Below are positions 1-12,640 of a stretch of DNA of 64,000 nucleotides, in pieces; within the stretch, counting starts at the first letter, position 1; each line of letters starts with the position of its first letter. The notes under the pieces were generated by a model that was given only the letters and a program-made list of their open reading frames with translations, was not told the origin of the DNA and ran no database searches. Position numbers and translations under genes: made by a program. Source of the stretch: Marsupella aquatica (taxonomy: Eukaryota > Plantae > Marchantiophyta); NCBI GenBank assembly GCA_973895155.1, contig OZ316897.1:9075832-9139831 (forward strand), written 5' to 3'.

Positions 1-349
1 CACAGATGCCCATAGAGCCCCCTCCCTGCCCAACTACTGTTCATTTATGCCAAGGTGAATAGTGCACCTGACCATAAAAGGTGGAGCTGACCAATTGTGC
101 TCTCCACTCATAGTGCAACTGAATGTGTGCTCTGTATATTAACGAGACCCATAACTCTTATATGTGCAGCTGTGGTTTAACAAGACATGACAAAAGGAGC
201 ATGAAACTAAATGTTTGCATGGAAATGTTGTGGCAACCAAATCAATATTAAAAGTTTTTCAAATCAAGCACTACTACATACAAAGTCATGAGTTTATGGA
301 TAAGTTTAGTTGTAAAAATATTAAGTTTAGGGCACCCATGCGCATGCAA

Positions 350-763
350 CAGGGGATTGCATTACTTGATAAGTGCAAACCCCCTAAAATTTGCACTTAT
401 CCAGAAGTGGCCCTCCATCAGTGAAGAGTCTCCTTGCTCATAACACAATTTCTACATCCCTGCCCTAAATTCATTGTCCAACTCCATAAGTACATTTTGT
501 ACTCTACTAAGGAAGGGCATGCACTTATCAGTAAATGCAATCTGATGGGATTGTTGTGCTCAGTGACAACCGCATACCCTTTCTTGGTAACGTACAAGTT
601 GCACTTATCATTTTGCTAAATGATTCCAAGCCCGTTTCCACTTAGAAAAGGTGCAAACAAATGCCGGCTCCATGTTAAAAAAAAAGAAAAGGGAAGAACA
701 CAATGTCTTGCACTCAACACGTTTTGCACATATGCAGTTTTCACTTATAGAGAGCATCCTGTA
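350..763. mobile_element. Partial non-autonomous pogo/Tc1-mariner-like MITE (family also at 12238-12623 and 41979-42505)
   Basis: Collinear with 12238-12623 (gataagtgcaaaccc...tcagtaaatgcaat.tgatggg...cacttatagagagc...ctgTA). Ends in a CAG-type terminus followed by TA. No coding capacity. Confidence 0.6.
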
Positions 764-1392
764 CCGTATCTCCATTTCCATATTGTAGTACCGTATAATA
801 GGACTGGACTGGGCAGATCTTCCTATGCTCTCTGATCATTTAGCTAAATGATTCCAAAGCCCAGTTCCACTTAGAAAAGGTGCAAACAAATGCCTGCTCT
901 GTGTTAACAAAAATAAAAGGGAAGAACACTATGCCTTGCACTCAACCTGTTTTGCACTCAACCTGTTTTGCACATATACATTTTGCAGTTAGAGAGAACG
1001 TCCTGCACCATATCTCCATTTCCGTATTGTAGTACTGTATAATCAGACTGATCTTTCTCTGCTCTCTGATCATTTAGCTAAATGATTCTTTTTTTCCTTT
1101 TTCCTGAAAGGAGTACTGGCTTTGGAATCATTTAGCTTACTGTTTTTATTGGGTTTTACTTCCCATGAAAGCCAAATGATTCCAAAGCCCGTTTACACTT
1201 AGAAAAGGCGCAAACAAATGCACCCTCTGTATTAAAAAAAACAAAAGGGAAGAACACAATGCCTTGCACTTAACCCGTTTTGCACATATGCAGTTTGCAC
1301 TTAGAGAGAGAGAGTCTTGTACCGTATCGCATTTCCGTATTGTAGTACCGTATACTCGGACTGGACTGGACAGATCTTTCTCTGCTCTCTGG
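612..1392 (+). repeat. Three degenerate tandem copies (~220-230 bp) of the MITE end plus its flank
   Basis: aaatgattccaa(a)gccc...cacttagaaaagg.gcaaacaaatgc...tattgtagtac.gtata...gatctt...gctctctg occurs at ~617, ~846 and ~1174. Confidence 0.9.
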
Positions 1393-2235
1393 TTCGCTGC
1401 TTTTGCTTCTCGTTGCAACCGTCTTTAATTTTTCCTCTGTTCTTCTCTTCTCCTCTGTTCTTCTCCTCTCCTCTCTGTTCTTCGCCATCTCCTCTGTTTG
1501 CAAAATTGGGGCTGGTCCTCCGCTGTCATCAACTCATCGTAATTGGCATTGTGGGCTGCCTCGGACTTGCCCCGAATTTCTCTCTCCACGTCGAATTCCG
1601 CACCAAACCCCCACCAATTTCCCATCTCGCCGCTCTCAGCGAGCCCTCCATCTTTCTCGTACTGTCTGCTCTCTGGCTCTGATGACTCGCTTTCTCTCGC
1701 GCCCTCTCTCGGATTACCTCGAATTCCGCCTTCACACCGACCAAATCTTTCTGTCGTCACCTTTCCTTCGGCAGCAGCTCTCATTCTGTTGAGGCGCGGT
1801 GAAAAGTGGTTGTCGAACGAAAAAAGCGTCTTGGGTGTCTTTCTCGTTCCGTAGTCTGTTCAAGTTCGATCGTTTGTTCCTCGGAGTTCGTATCCGCATG
1901 TCTGTGCGGTGACTTGTGTGTGTTAGCGTTTTCTGCGGTGCTGCCATCATCGTCGTGTAGGGTAGTGAGTGAGATTGGGCTGGGAGAGCTTGTGATTCAA
2001 TCAACTTGCGGAGCACTTCTGCTCCTGCAACGCCATTTTCCGTCTCCGTTCTACTCGGGAATCGAATGCGGAGCTCTGTGGCGAAGATTAGGAGTAGGGC
2101 CTTTTCTTACGTCTGGGATCTTCGGTAGCCTTCGGTTGTTGTTGAAACTGCGATCTTCGCTGCACGGACTGTTCGGCAGCGCACTCGGGATTTTTCCCGT
2201 CAACTATCGGGGAGAACAAAAGGACGCGTGAAGCA

Positions 2236-5200
2236 ATGTACGGAGGGGACGATTCCGGGGGTCATTACGCTAGTCGTCTTCCTAAACACCCCCGTCTGTC
2301 CAGGTACTTGTTGATTCTATATCAAAATTGCCGTTCAGCCTCTGAATGCTAATTGTCTGGCTGTTGTGGTTGTCATCCACCACCACGTTTCCTATTCGTT
2401 GCGAACGTAGAGAGATCTCAGTGGACCACTTGTTTCTTTTATGCAGCATGTCCAATTTGAGTCTTCGCAATTGTTGAATTGGGGATTCGATTGTGATATC
2501 CAAGTTCTTAGTCTTGGTTACAATTGAGGTTGACTTAACACAGTCACTTTCAAGGGACGCGGGGATGCGGTTCATCTTGACGACTACCACTGTTATCCTG
2601 TTATCCAATCTTTGGTGTTTTTCCAGTCCGAAACGCACATATGTCAATCGTTGAAACATTATCCTAGAGTTGGGAACATGCTGAGCATAGAGCATATAGC
2701 AACTATGTCATCTATAATTGACACTGAGAAATCGTGTTTTGCCACGATGTTTATTGACCTTTCCTTTGTTTTGTACTGTGAATGCGGAACCTTCCTAACT
2801 CCAGTTCCGGGTAAGATACAAGCAGAATGTTCTTGGAAAAAAGGGGCTCATATCATGGGGCGACACATTTTAGGGGAAGGACAAAAATGACGAAGGCGAT
2901 ATCGTCAATTGTACACCGAGCGCCATGTGAACAAGTCGACTGAAATTGTTTTGGTCGCGTGTCCTTTGTACTAGTCTTGGAGCCTTAAATGTACAGCCCG
3001 CTTAGTTATGATCTTGAAGGCTATATCCTTTCATTTGGCTCGAGTTAACTACCCAATCTTAACAAAGGACTTCACATATTTGCAGAATGCAAGGGATTGC
3101 AGAGCAGATGAACGGGGATATGCACCGAGGTGGCAAACAACCCCGGCCATTGGAGGATGGAAACTGGATTTGCGAGGACTCTAATTGTGCTAATGTGAAC
3201 TATCCTCGCCGGACAGAGGTACCAACACTTCTTGATGATCTATGCTGTGATTCTCTTGAGACATCGGCACTTGTCTCTGTAATCTGCTCTGCAGGGTCAG
3301 CCCACACTACAGCTCCTAGTGTTTTTAGGTGTTTTGTTGGATGCTGTATATTTTGTTTTGTGTCAGAGCTCTGCTTAAAACGGTATGGACAACGTAAGTG
3401 TTTTGTTACTTCGCAATGGTCTCAAATTTTCTCCGCTGCTTTGGTTCTGCTTTCTTTGTACAGTGCAATAAATGTGGGAAGAGGCGAGGTCCCTTAGGAG
3501 ATCAGGTGGTGAAAGCTTATATAGAAAGCATCAAAATTGCTCGCGGTGAAATGGTTCCTTCTCCACAGTTGGTAAGTACCTGCGGCCATGACAGTATAAG
3601 CCCGTGAGTGCCGTTTGGGAGCTTCTGCCAGTGTTTCATTGAGTCGTCCTGTAGTTCTGTGAAGGCGATCTTGGTTTAAACTAAGTGTTTGCTACATCAG
3701 CAAACTCAAATGATAATCTCAGTTCGAATGCAATCAAGTCTTGTCGTCTGTGAGGCGAAAGGTAGCCCACTGCTTGATTTCGCTGACATGGCCATGAAGC
3801 TGCTACTAAGAGCTAAATCAAGGATCTTGGGAAACACATAGGAAGACAGGGCCCTGGTGGTGTTGGGTGGGACTGCTGGTCATGGACGGTGGTGACAGTG
3901 GCAAGGTCAATATTGGGAGATTCATGTTCCTGGTTGGCTGGTGGTTTCTATTGTGGTGTAAAATATAGTGGGTGCTAGTGTGCATTCTGTGACAAGTGAA
4001 CACCAGAGAAGTGCTTATCGTGAAAGCAGAAGTCCACTCTTGCTTACGTGTCTCCCTTGTGGGTATTCATGTGACAAACTTTCAGGAAATTAGTTTCCTT
4101 TCTATCATTGGACTGCTTCAGTTTCTACTATAAAGGAAATTCCACTTTTTAAGGTGTTCTGTGTTGCTTCACCAGATCCACTGTCGAAAAGCTGTTGTAA
4201 TAAAAAGTGTGAAAGCCTTGGATGATACTAAATGCTCAATCCAACTAAAGGGTATTTGCAACATAATAATTAATAAAATTTGAGGTCTTGTGAAGGTCTG
4301 CAAATGGAAATGCTGACTGGCTGGGCTGGGGCTGGGAGGGGTTCCTCCCTATCCCACACAAACGCCTTCCTGTCTATATCATTTTCCTTGCGTTTTGTAC
4401 CGAGTATAGCAGGTTTCAGTGGGCCCTGAGCGATTGGGTATGGCCCGAGGTATGATGCCACATAACGGTTCTGATGTCTCACCACAGCAGCAGGGGATTT
4501 CGATATCTCCTGGGTCATCAAACCTTGTAGGCGAGCTTGAGCCTTGGATGGGTGGCGGGTATGAGCAGCCAATTCCGTCGTTCGCCTCTCAGTATGTGAC
4601 AGGAGATGGGGGATTGTCAGGCCGCAGGTCTACCCTGAGGTATGTGTGCAGCCTTTTAATGTCAACGCCATCCCTTAACTTATCCTCTCAGATTATTGTA
4701 TGCCCTTCCGGTGAATATGGTTGTCAGGTCCCTTCTTTGGAGAAGTTGGGTTCTTGAAGTATTTAGTTATCCACCAACTGAAACTTGTGAGGTCGAGCAC
4801 TTCTTGGTACAAGGTTCACGCACCACATTGTAAGGCTTGTCCCATGGTAAGAGTTTTCTGAGGCAGGTTGAGAAGGAGCAACAGATCTGGTCCAGTCTGT
4901 CACAGGAATCAAAATTCTTACCAAAGTCGTCTCAGGTTTCTCTTTGCCAGCTTTTTGGTCAGTGAAGGTTGGGTGGCAGTTTAGGAAAAGGTGGTAGGGT
5001 GGGCAATTACTAAATTGAAGGTAACCCACGAGCTGTTTGCAGTGAGTATCATGAGCAATCATGGGTAAGTACACAGTAGTAAGGAATAGACATATCACGA
5101 GTGACACTCTGTTATTTAATAAGACTTGTATTGACATTTCTAACTGCAAGGTGTCACCAAAGTTTCGTGCTGCCATAGTATTTGGTTTGAAACTATCCTG

Positions 5201-6493
5201 CTCTCACAGGCACGTCCTTGGTAAGGGAGTTGGTGTAGGTATACCAAAGTTCAAGCAGGCCTGACCAGGTTTGGGTCATGTGTTGGTTGTTGGTCTGATG
5301 AGCGGGTGGGTGCAGTGCTGCAACTGAAGGAAAGCGCCTTGCGGAGCAACTAGTGGCCTCTTTTGCGGCATCGTCTGATCCGGTTGGAGATGCTGGGGAG
5401 TGTCTGGCTTCAGCTGCTCTTTGGCTACAAACAATGAAATCTCGTATGCAGGCGGGAGACTCGTTTGGGTTGTCTACATCATCTCCAATACCTGGCACTT
5501 CTAGCCCAATGGTTCTTGGAGGACCTCTTCTAGGGACGAATGGAAATGTTCCAATGTTATCACAATCACCGTTGAGTACAGGTTCAAGCATAGGGGGTTC
5601 TAGTGCTGGTCTAGGTAACCTGGTAATCAACTCTGGTGCTTCAGGATTGAGTGGGTCAATGATGGGTAACCACTTACCACGTGTGAACCCTCCAAGTGTT
5701 GGGGTCTCTCCAGGCGCCAGAGCATTGTTACCTCGCACATTACGTTTCGAAGATTACAAAGAGCGGCCCAGTGACTACTTGCGGGTGCGTATACTCGTAT
5801 AGAAAGCATACACGCAACTGCCTTTACTCTAGATGGCCTTAGTGAAGTCGCGGATTGGATAAAGAGTGATGAGTCTGGTGGAATTCATAGCTCGACTGAC
5901 TTGGTAGCTGTTTATATATGTGAACCAATTAGCTATCAAATTGAAGATACTCAGATACCTTGTGAAGGAACATTACCAAAATCAAGAGTTCATGAAGAAG
6001 TATATAGAATACCTCGTCTGCTATGATGGCCGGTCCATGTGTCAATATGGTTGCTGCTTTCGTATAGCGTAAAACAAGCTTACCCGGGTGCAATTTAGCA
6101 GGAATTTGGTGACCCAGCTGCAGTGTCGGCAACTGCTCTGGGTGGAGGTCATAGGCCGGAGCCAGGAGTATTTGGAAACTGGGAATGTGAAGAATGCCAG
6201 AATGTCAATTTTCCAAGAAGGTAAACCTAGTTTCGAGTTGTGCTTGCCTGATCTAGTGAAAACATGTTTTTGTCTCCTCAGGAGCATGGATTAGGAAAAT
6301 GAGTATCATCAAAGAATGAGAAGCATCTGCAGACCAGACCATCGACTGACGTTGCGAGTGGTTTGCTTGCACATTTTGGGTCGTGTGGAACAGGACTAAC
6401 TGCTTCCAATGTCACAAACGACGGGGTTCAAAAGGTGAAGAGATAGTGCGGAAGTACGTTCGGGGATTGATTGAAGAGGCAAACCCATCTTGA
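2236..6493 (+). CDS. Uncharacterised protein with two RanBP2-type (C4) zinc fingers, ~407 aa, 7 coding exons
   Basis: Exons 2236-2303, 3086-3218, 3464-3571, 4413-4639, 5316-5784, 6102-6220, 6394-6493; all GT-AG and in phase (1224 nt). Spliced motifs GNWICEDSNCANVNYPRRTECNKC and GNWECEECQNVNFPRRTNCFQC match W-x-C-x(2,4)-C-x3-N-x6-C-x2-C. Confidence 0.88.
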
Positions 6494-7062
6494 GCAGTTA
6501 TTGTTTGCAGACTTGCGGTGCCCTGGATATGGAAATTTTGTTCTTTGTTCTTCGGGATATCATGTTGATACGCTGATTGGTAAAGAGAGAAGTACGTGTT
6601 AATCTTTTGTAAATCTGGGGTTTTCCCCACTGTTTCACATAATGTGCAAAGCTTGATTGTAGATTTCGCTGGGGTCTGTAACGAAAGGCAACATGAGAAC
6701 GATGGAGAGAAAGGAAGGTGGGGTTGGAGTGGGAGTAGGGTGGTGCAGGGTGGCACGGATTCTCTCTTTTATCAGAATTCTATCATTTGCTACAATAGAT
6801 AGCGGCTGTAAGCAACTCAACTGTTGTGGGACCAAGATTGTCCTGTGGAGATTTGCTATCCTGAGGATGAAGGTCATCTGCGGATCCCCACTTGGCCTCC
6901 AATACGATTGCGTCAGGGCCCTAAAGGCTTTCAAGCCAAGGCCCTCACAGCTGCCTAGGCAAGTTCCAGCACTGTTTTGGCTGGCAAGTCTGAAACTGAG
7001 ATTGAAATTCACTTTCCCGATTTTGAGGATGGCTGTATCTGAACAAAGCTTTTAAGAAAAGC

Positions 7063-7150
7063 GAAGCTGTTCAGAGTTATCATGACCACAAGGAGTGCAT
7101 GTCAAAGCTGTTCAGAAGCATCATGACTTCCAGGAGTACATGTCAGAGTT
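7063..7150 (+). repeat. Short tandem duplication (~41 bp x2)
   Basis: aagctgttcaga...tcatgac...aggagt.catgtca occurs twice. Confidence 0.7.
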
Positions 7151-8089
7151 CTGAGGAGCACTTATTGTACAACATGACTGTTTGATTGTTCGAGGCCAGC
7201 CAAACATCGAGGAAAACGGGTTGAGGGATATAAGAGTAGCTAGATGCAGGACACTGGGAAGAGATTCTGACAATATTTGTATTTGGTAATGCGAGTTATG
7301 GAACGACAGAAAGAGAATGTCATGTAGACCATCACTAACCGAAGATAGACTTTTCTATTTTGAAAAGATTGTGAAGAATGATCTTCCCTTCCATAAAGTT
7401 GAGGACTGCAAGACACCTAGCAAAACCCTGAACGATATTTCTTTCATCCTGAGGGTGAGACATGATCTTGAAAAAAAGGAATGACATTCAAGCCATATGT
7501 CCGAACTGCGTTCCACTTTTCCATGAGTTACCAGAAGGTGATCATTGTTGGTCCAATTTGCACTGGTCCCAAAGTAGTGCAATGTTAGGAATAGAGGTGT
7601 TCCTTTACTGTATCTAGGAATGGATCTTTGAGAGAAGACCCCACGAGATCTTAGAAGATTGTATATGCATTTAGACAGATCTAAAGTTGGCTCAAGTGGT
7701 CATCATTCTCGACAGCTGGGGCAGAATGAATGCTTACGTAGACAATGAACGACAGATGGGGAATGTTTTGTTTCTGGTGCCGTACCGGATTTTGCTCAAT
7801 GAGTACGATTGCTTGATTCCCTTCCTGAGTAAAGTTGCTCGACGTGGTTTCACCAGAATCTCATCGTGATCAATTGTGTATCACGTTAGCAGAGGTGGAT
7901 CGGTTGGCCACACGAAAACAATTGGGATGCTTCATGACTCTTTCCCCGTTCCTGTGCCTGATTGAATACAATTTACTGCAATCGACTCCCATGGGGGAGT
8001 GAATACAGTTTTCCTATGGGCCCACATCTTCATTTTATTGCGTGGACACTACTACAGAGATATCCCTCACGTCACTAACTTTTACTCGG

Positions 8090-8314
8090 GCAGAGGGTTA
8101 GCTTTTACTCGGGCAGAGGGTTAGTTTTAGGACATCTAGTCCAATCCCTCTTGGGAGCCCTCCCTTTTGGTTTACCGAGTAGCTCTACCAAGCTTTTTAT
8201 GGTTTTAGGACATCTAGTCAAATCCCTCTTGGGAGCCCTCCTTTTTGGTTTACCGGGTAGCTCTACCAAGCTTTTCAGTTTTCTTTTCAGGGTAGCTCTA
8301 CCAAGCTTTTCAGT
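8090..8314 (+). repeat. Cluster of short tandem duplications (~23 bp x2; ~77 bp x2 plus a partial)
   Basis: ttttactcgggcagagggttag x2; ttttaggacatctagtc.aatccctcttgggagccctcc...gtagctctaccaagctttt x2 plus a partial third copy. Confidence 0.8.
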
Positions 8315-9214
8315 TTGTGGTGCATGAGGGCTTTAGTTCTTTTGCTATTGGGTCTTTTTTGGCTCTTGGGTTTTTTCTTGTTCTTTTCTTTGTTTTCCTC
8401 CTTTATTGGGGTTTTCCCTTTGGGATCCTGTATCCCGGAGAGGGGCTCTTTCTCCTTTTGCACCAATTTAGATACTTTTGAACCACAAGTACCATTTGAA
8501 CTATTTTCTTCTTTCGTGATAAGTCACTAAATGTACCAGGGGGCTGTTGCATTTAGGGACTCTAGAAGATTTCTCTCCCTGCTACTCTCATGTTGGCCCT
8601 AGGTTGATACCTCTTTCTGATCCTCATATCTGCTTACTCCTAAGCAATACCAGGCCTTTCAGTTGTTTTGGGGCCTCTAGACAAATTACTCAGTAAATGT
8701 AAAGAATGTTCCCAAGTATTTTGATGTGAACAGTGACTTTTCAATCTGTAAATTATTTTTTAAATCATAAAACTAAATAGAGAATGACATTTTGACATTG
8801 CACTATTTATGGAATAAACTGGTCCTAAGCAAACCAGGATTGCACCACAGTACAAGTGCCTATGGCACATAACCACATCTAACCAGTCTGAGACTATTTG
8901 GAGCAAAACCCATATTGCATGTAGAAGCAAAATGGGTTTTTCTTCTTTCATAGTAATTTCCTAGAAGTTACTACAACAAGTGCCTCTGGAGCATAGCACA
9001 TGTAACCCGCGTGCGGAATGCAGAGCACTCAATGGCTTGGACTGCTTGACGTAGACTTTTCCTGTCATTGCACAAGGGATTATGAGGGTGGCTTTACAGG
9101 AAGTTGGGGGCACTTGTGACTTTGTTCTACCAAAACAAACTTCTTATTCTAAAGATAGACTTCAACCAAATATATTTTGAAATGAAATTTAGTAAATGAA
9201 AACCCCTTCCATGA

Positions 9215-9392
9215 AAGGAGTGAAAGTTTGCAAATGTTTGGACTACACTTGGAAGTGGTCTAAAATTCTAGAGGAAAAAGAACTTCACATCAGCATTTCC
9301 TTGGGCCCACTTCTTGCCATTTAGTATCCATACACACTATACCTGAATGGGCCCTAGAGTTCTTGTAAAGCGAAGTGCAGTCGTTCCCATTT
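9215..9392 (+). repeat. Dispersed repeat (second copy at ~31600-31775)
   Basis: gga.gtggtctaaaattctaga...cacatca.cattt.ttggg...acactata..tgaatggg.cc..gagttcttgtaaag is shared with 31632-31752. Confidence 0.75.
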
Positions 9393-10959
9393 ATTATACA
9401 GTGCAGATTTTTATTTGAAAGGAAATAAAAGGAAGCAATGGGCCCCTGATGCCTTCTAAAGCCACCCTAAAGCTCTCCTTATCAGGAGACAACCAATCAC
9501 AGTCGACGAACATGATTGACACTGACTCCCCTTTTGTCTGTTTCTGGGAGAATGCCACTCATCATTCAGGAAAAGGGGGTCTGGAAATCTAGGCATCCCT
9601 ACTTCATGAGTAAACAACAGTTTGACTTAGGAGAGCTAGGTCTGCTCTCAACAATGTGATTCTAGTAGGGAGTCTCCAAGCTTCAGAGACGGATTTTGGC
9701 CAATAACAAGTGATCATCACTTTTTTCACACGGTTATTGAAAGGCCTTTTTGTGTTTTGTTTTCACTAGCCTATATAATGACTTATAGTCATGGCATATG
9801 ACCAATCTTTAAGGCAAAAAGTTATGGATCATGGGTTTGGTGTCCATTATTTTGTAACCTCAACCACTAAATTAAGGTCCATCAAATAGTGAGATTTGAG
9901 ACCCTCTAGAGTTGATGTGCATTGACGTTAGCTAGGGCTTCCCTGTAACATCTAGGGAACCCCACTAACTTATGTTCCTGTGGGCACTAAGAAAACGTGA
10001 AGAGATGCTAGCATACAAACAAATGTTTCTGGGAGAACAAACACCAAACTCAAAGGAGGAGGGCTCTTTGTGTCTAATTTGAAGAAAATTTGTGAGCTTG
10101 TCTGGATGCTTATACCTGTGACGCCTAACACCCTGACACCCAAAGAATCTCGTCTGCTATGTGGACATGGCAGACTGCTCTCCCAAAACTCATGATTGCA
10201 ATCTAGAGAAAGGATCCACAAATTAGCAAAGATTTTTGACTGGGTAGAACATGTCACAAAATATGAAATACTGAAACCTAGACTGCAATTTGGATATGTT
10301 ACGGGCTTGCACCACAAAATTTGAAATTCTGAAGTATCTACAACTATAATAAAGAAGCCCCGACAAATGTAGTCAATCATCCCTTTACAAACTCAGATTT
10401 GGTGGGAACAAAGCCTGACCATTGGATTTATGTTAGGTTTAATTCTAGCCTTTGATCAGCCAGAACTAAGTGTCCACCAAAGCAAATAGGACCTTAGGGT
10501 AAGTAGGTGGTAATAATTATGAGCAGAGACCTAAGGGGTACAAGTTAAGTACACCAAAACTTTTTGGTACACATGCGTATATTTAGTAGAGGTACTCAAT
10601 CATTACATGTTAAAAGCCTATGTATTAAAATGAAATAGATGTAGAATTAGGAATATGAAATAAACTAAAATGGGTGTATGAAATTGTGAAGAATATAAAT
10701 TGTAAAGAATATATTTTTTAATGGGCGCGAACTTAAGTAGTTTTTTTCTTCAAAAAGCAAAAAACTAATTATTTGAGGCCAAAACAAACTCATGGAAAAG
10801 TGGGAAACCAATCTTGATCCCTCATCTAAATTTATTTTTTTGGATTTCGTCAGATTTATCCATGAACCTCATTTAGAACAAACCCTTGCCCTTTAGCCTG
10901 CCCACAACTGCCTCATAAAAACATAATTAAACTCTATGATGTGGTGGCAAAGAGTTGTA

Positions 10960-11563
10960 GCCACTATCTCGGGTCTCTAATTTTTATGTGCAACGCACAG
11001 GTTATTGAACACGACCACAACAAGTATATAGTCATTCAGATCACACATAACATATGCCTCGCCACTACACCGCAGAGAGTATTTGTTTTTGCCTTGCCTT
11101 GACATAACTTTCTAATCTTTACATATTTATTTCTACTGAACATCTTTATCTTGTCTTGATATATTTTTCTCAAATTGACATCTGTATCTGACCACAACAT
11201 TTTTTCTCACCCTCTATATCTTTTCTTTCCTTTAGATCTTTTCTCACCTGGCTTGACATTGTTTCCTCGCCTCAAAATCTTTTTTTCTCCAATCTTGCCA
11301 TCTTTTTATCACCTTCAGATCTTTTCCTCATCTTTGACATTTTTTCTCTCCTTGAGATCTTTCCTTCATCTTTACATCTCTTTGTCACCTCGCCATCTTC
11401 TCTGTCCTTGAATTTTTTTTCTCACCCTGACTTCTTTCTCTCACCTCATTTTTTTTCTCATCAATATCTTTTTCCTTGCTTTTTTCACCTTGATATCTTT
11501 TCCTCATGTTGACATCTTTTCTTGCCTCAACATCTTTTATGCAATGCACAGGCATCAAGCTAG
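10960..11563 (+). mobile_element. Non-autonomous Helitron-like element with GACATCTTT sub-repeats
   Basis: Degenerate gacatc(t)tttt sub-repeats span 11100-11540 and end in the hairpin-like tgcaatgcacaggc followed by CTAG|T at 11560-11564, the canonical Helitron 3' signature. The 5' boundary is uncertain. Confidence 0.55.
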
Positions 11564-12237
11564 TCTACTATAAGTCACTTTAGTTGGTGGAGGGCTCTAG
11601 CTCAAACTCTCTGGCTCAGTCATCCTGGTTTTTTTACCCTTTACCAGGTCTTTAACATTTGGGATGTGTTTCCGGGTTGAGAGTCTATTGTTTTATGGAA
11701 ATGTAATATACTCTAATTCACTATTGAGTCTTTCGATTCATAACCTACTCCATAAAGTGAAGTCATAGGCCATATTTTCTTGGATAATAATTATTTTCTA
11801 TATGTAGATTATGCTTGTGAGTAGGGTGACATGCATGCCGAATCTGGGAACACAGAGCCCAACCTCTGCATATTCAAGCTAGTTTCCAGAATTGCAAGTT
11901 CTACTTGGTTCTCCTCGGTCACCAAATCCTTTCCCCAAAATTCACAAAGTTTTTTAGAGTTGGGGTGTTTTACTAGTAAACCCCAAGGAAAAGGGGGGCA
12001 CCCCAAAAGTTTCTTGCCCTGGACACACCTATTCTCTGAAAGAATTCAAGTTTTCATCATTTTACTCACCTATTGGTCATGAGTGTTTATTTTCTCTGTC
12101 AATGAGTTTTTCTTTGTAAAAGAATTAAAAATGAAAGAGTGCAATATATGGAAATCCCTCACAAATGGGATGAACTGGGGTGTCAATTCACACCCCATTC
12201 CACACTTCAGGGAAGAAGCATCGAGTGTGCACTAAAC

Positions 12238-12623
12238 TGGGGTTTGCACTATGTGATAAGTGCAAACCCATAGAATTGTGCATTTATCAATAAGAGTGCA
12301 CCCTCGTGAGCAGTGTCATGACTTACAACCCAAATTGTGCATCCCTCCCCTAAATATGGCATTCTACCTCATAAGGACCTTTTTTGTCTACTACAAAGGG
12401 CAAGAATGTATCAGTAAATGCAATTTGATGGGCTTATGCGCTTACCCATAAGTTTAAATAAAATTATCACAGGTTTGCATTTATAAAGTTGTCATTTAGC
12501 AAAGATATTCCAGGCCTGCATGAATTTACAAAAGGTGAATTAAAAACAGGGAAAGAACAGGACGCCTTGCAGTTAGTCAAGTTTTGCACTTATGTAATTT
12601 GCACTTATAGAGAGCTTACTGTA
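12238..12623. mobile_element. Partial pogo/Tc1-mariner-like MITE
   Basis: Homologous to 350-763. Terminus ...gcacttatagagagcttactgTA (reverse complement TA-CAGTAAGCTCTCTATAAGTGC). Confidence 0.65.
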
Positions 12624-12640
12624 CACTACGTTAACCCACC

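Noticed and set aside
1146-2231. Several overlapping 70-140 aa ORFs upstream of gene 1
   Set aside because: Low-complexity CT-rich leader and repeat sequence with no domain signal.
7200-10500. Possible degraded LINE/L1 coding remnants (W-x-L-W-like motifs near 7520, 8910 and 9975)
   Set aside because: Only vague motif echoes broken by stops. No recognisable reverse transcriptase or endonuclease motif.
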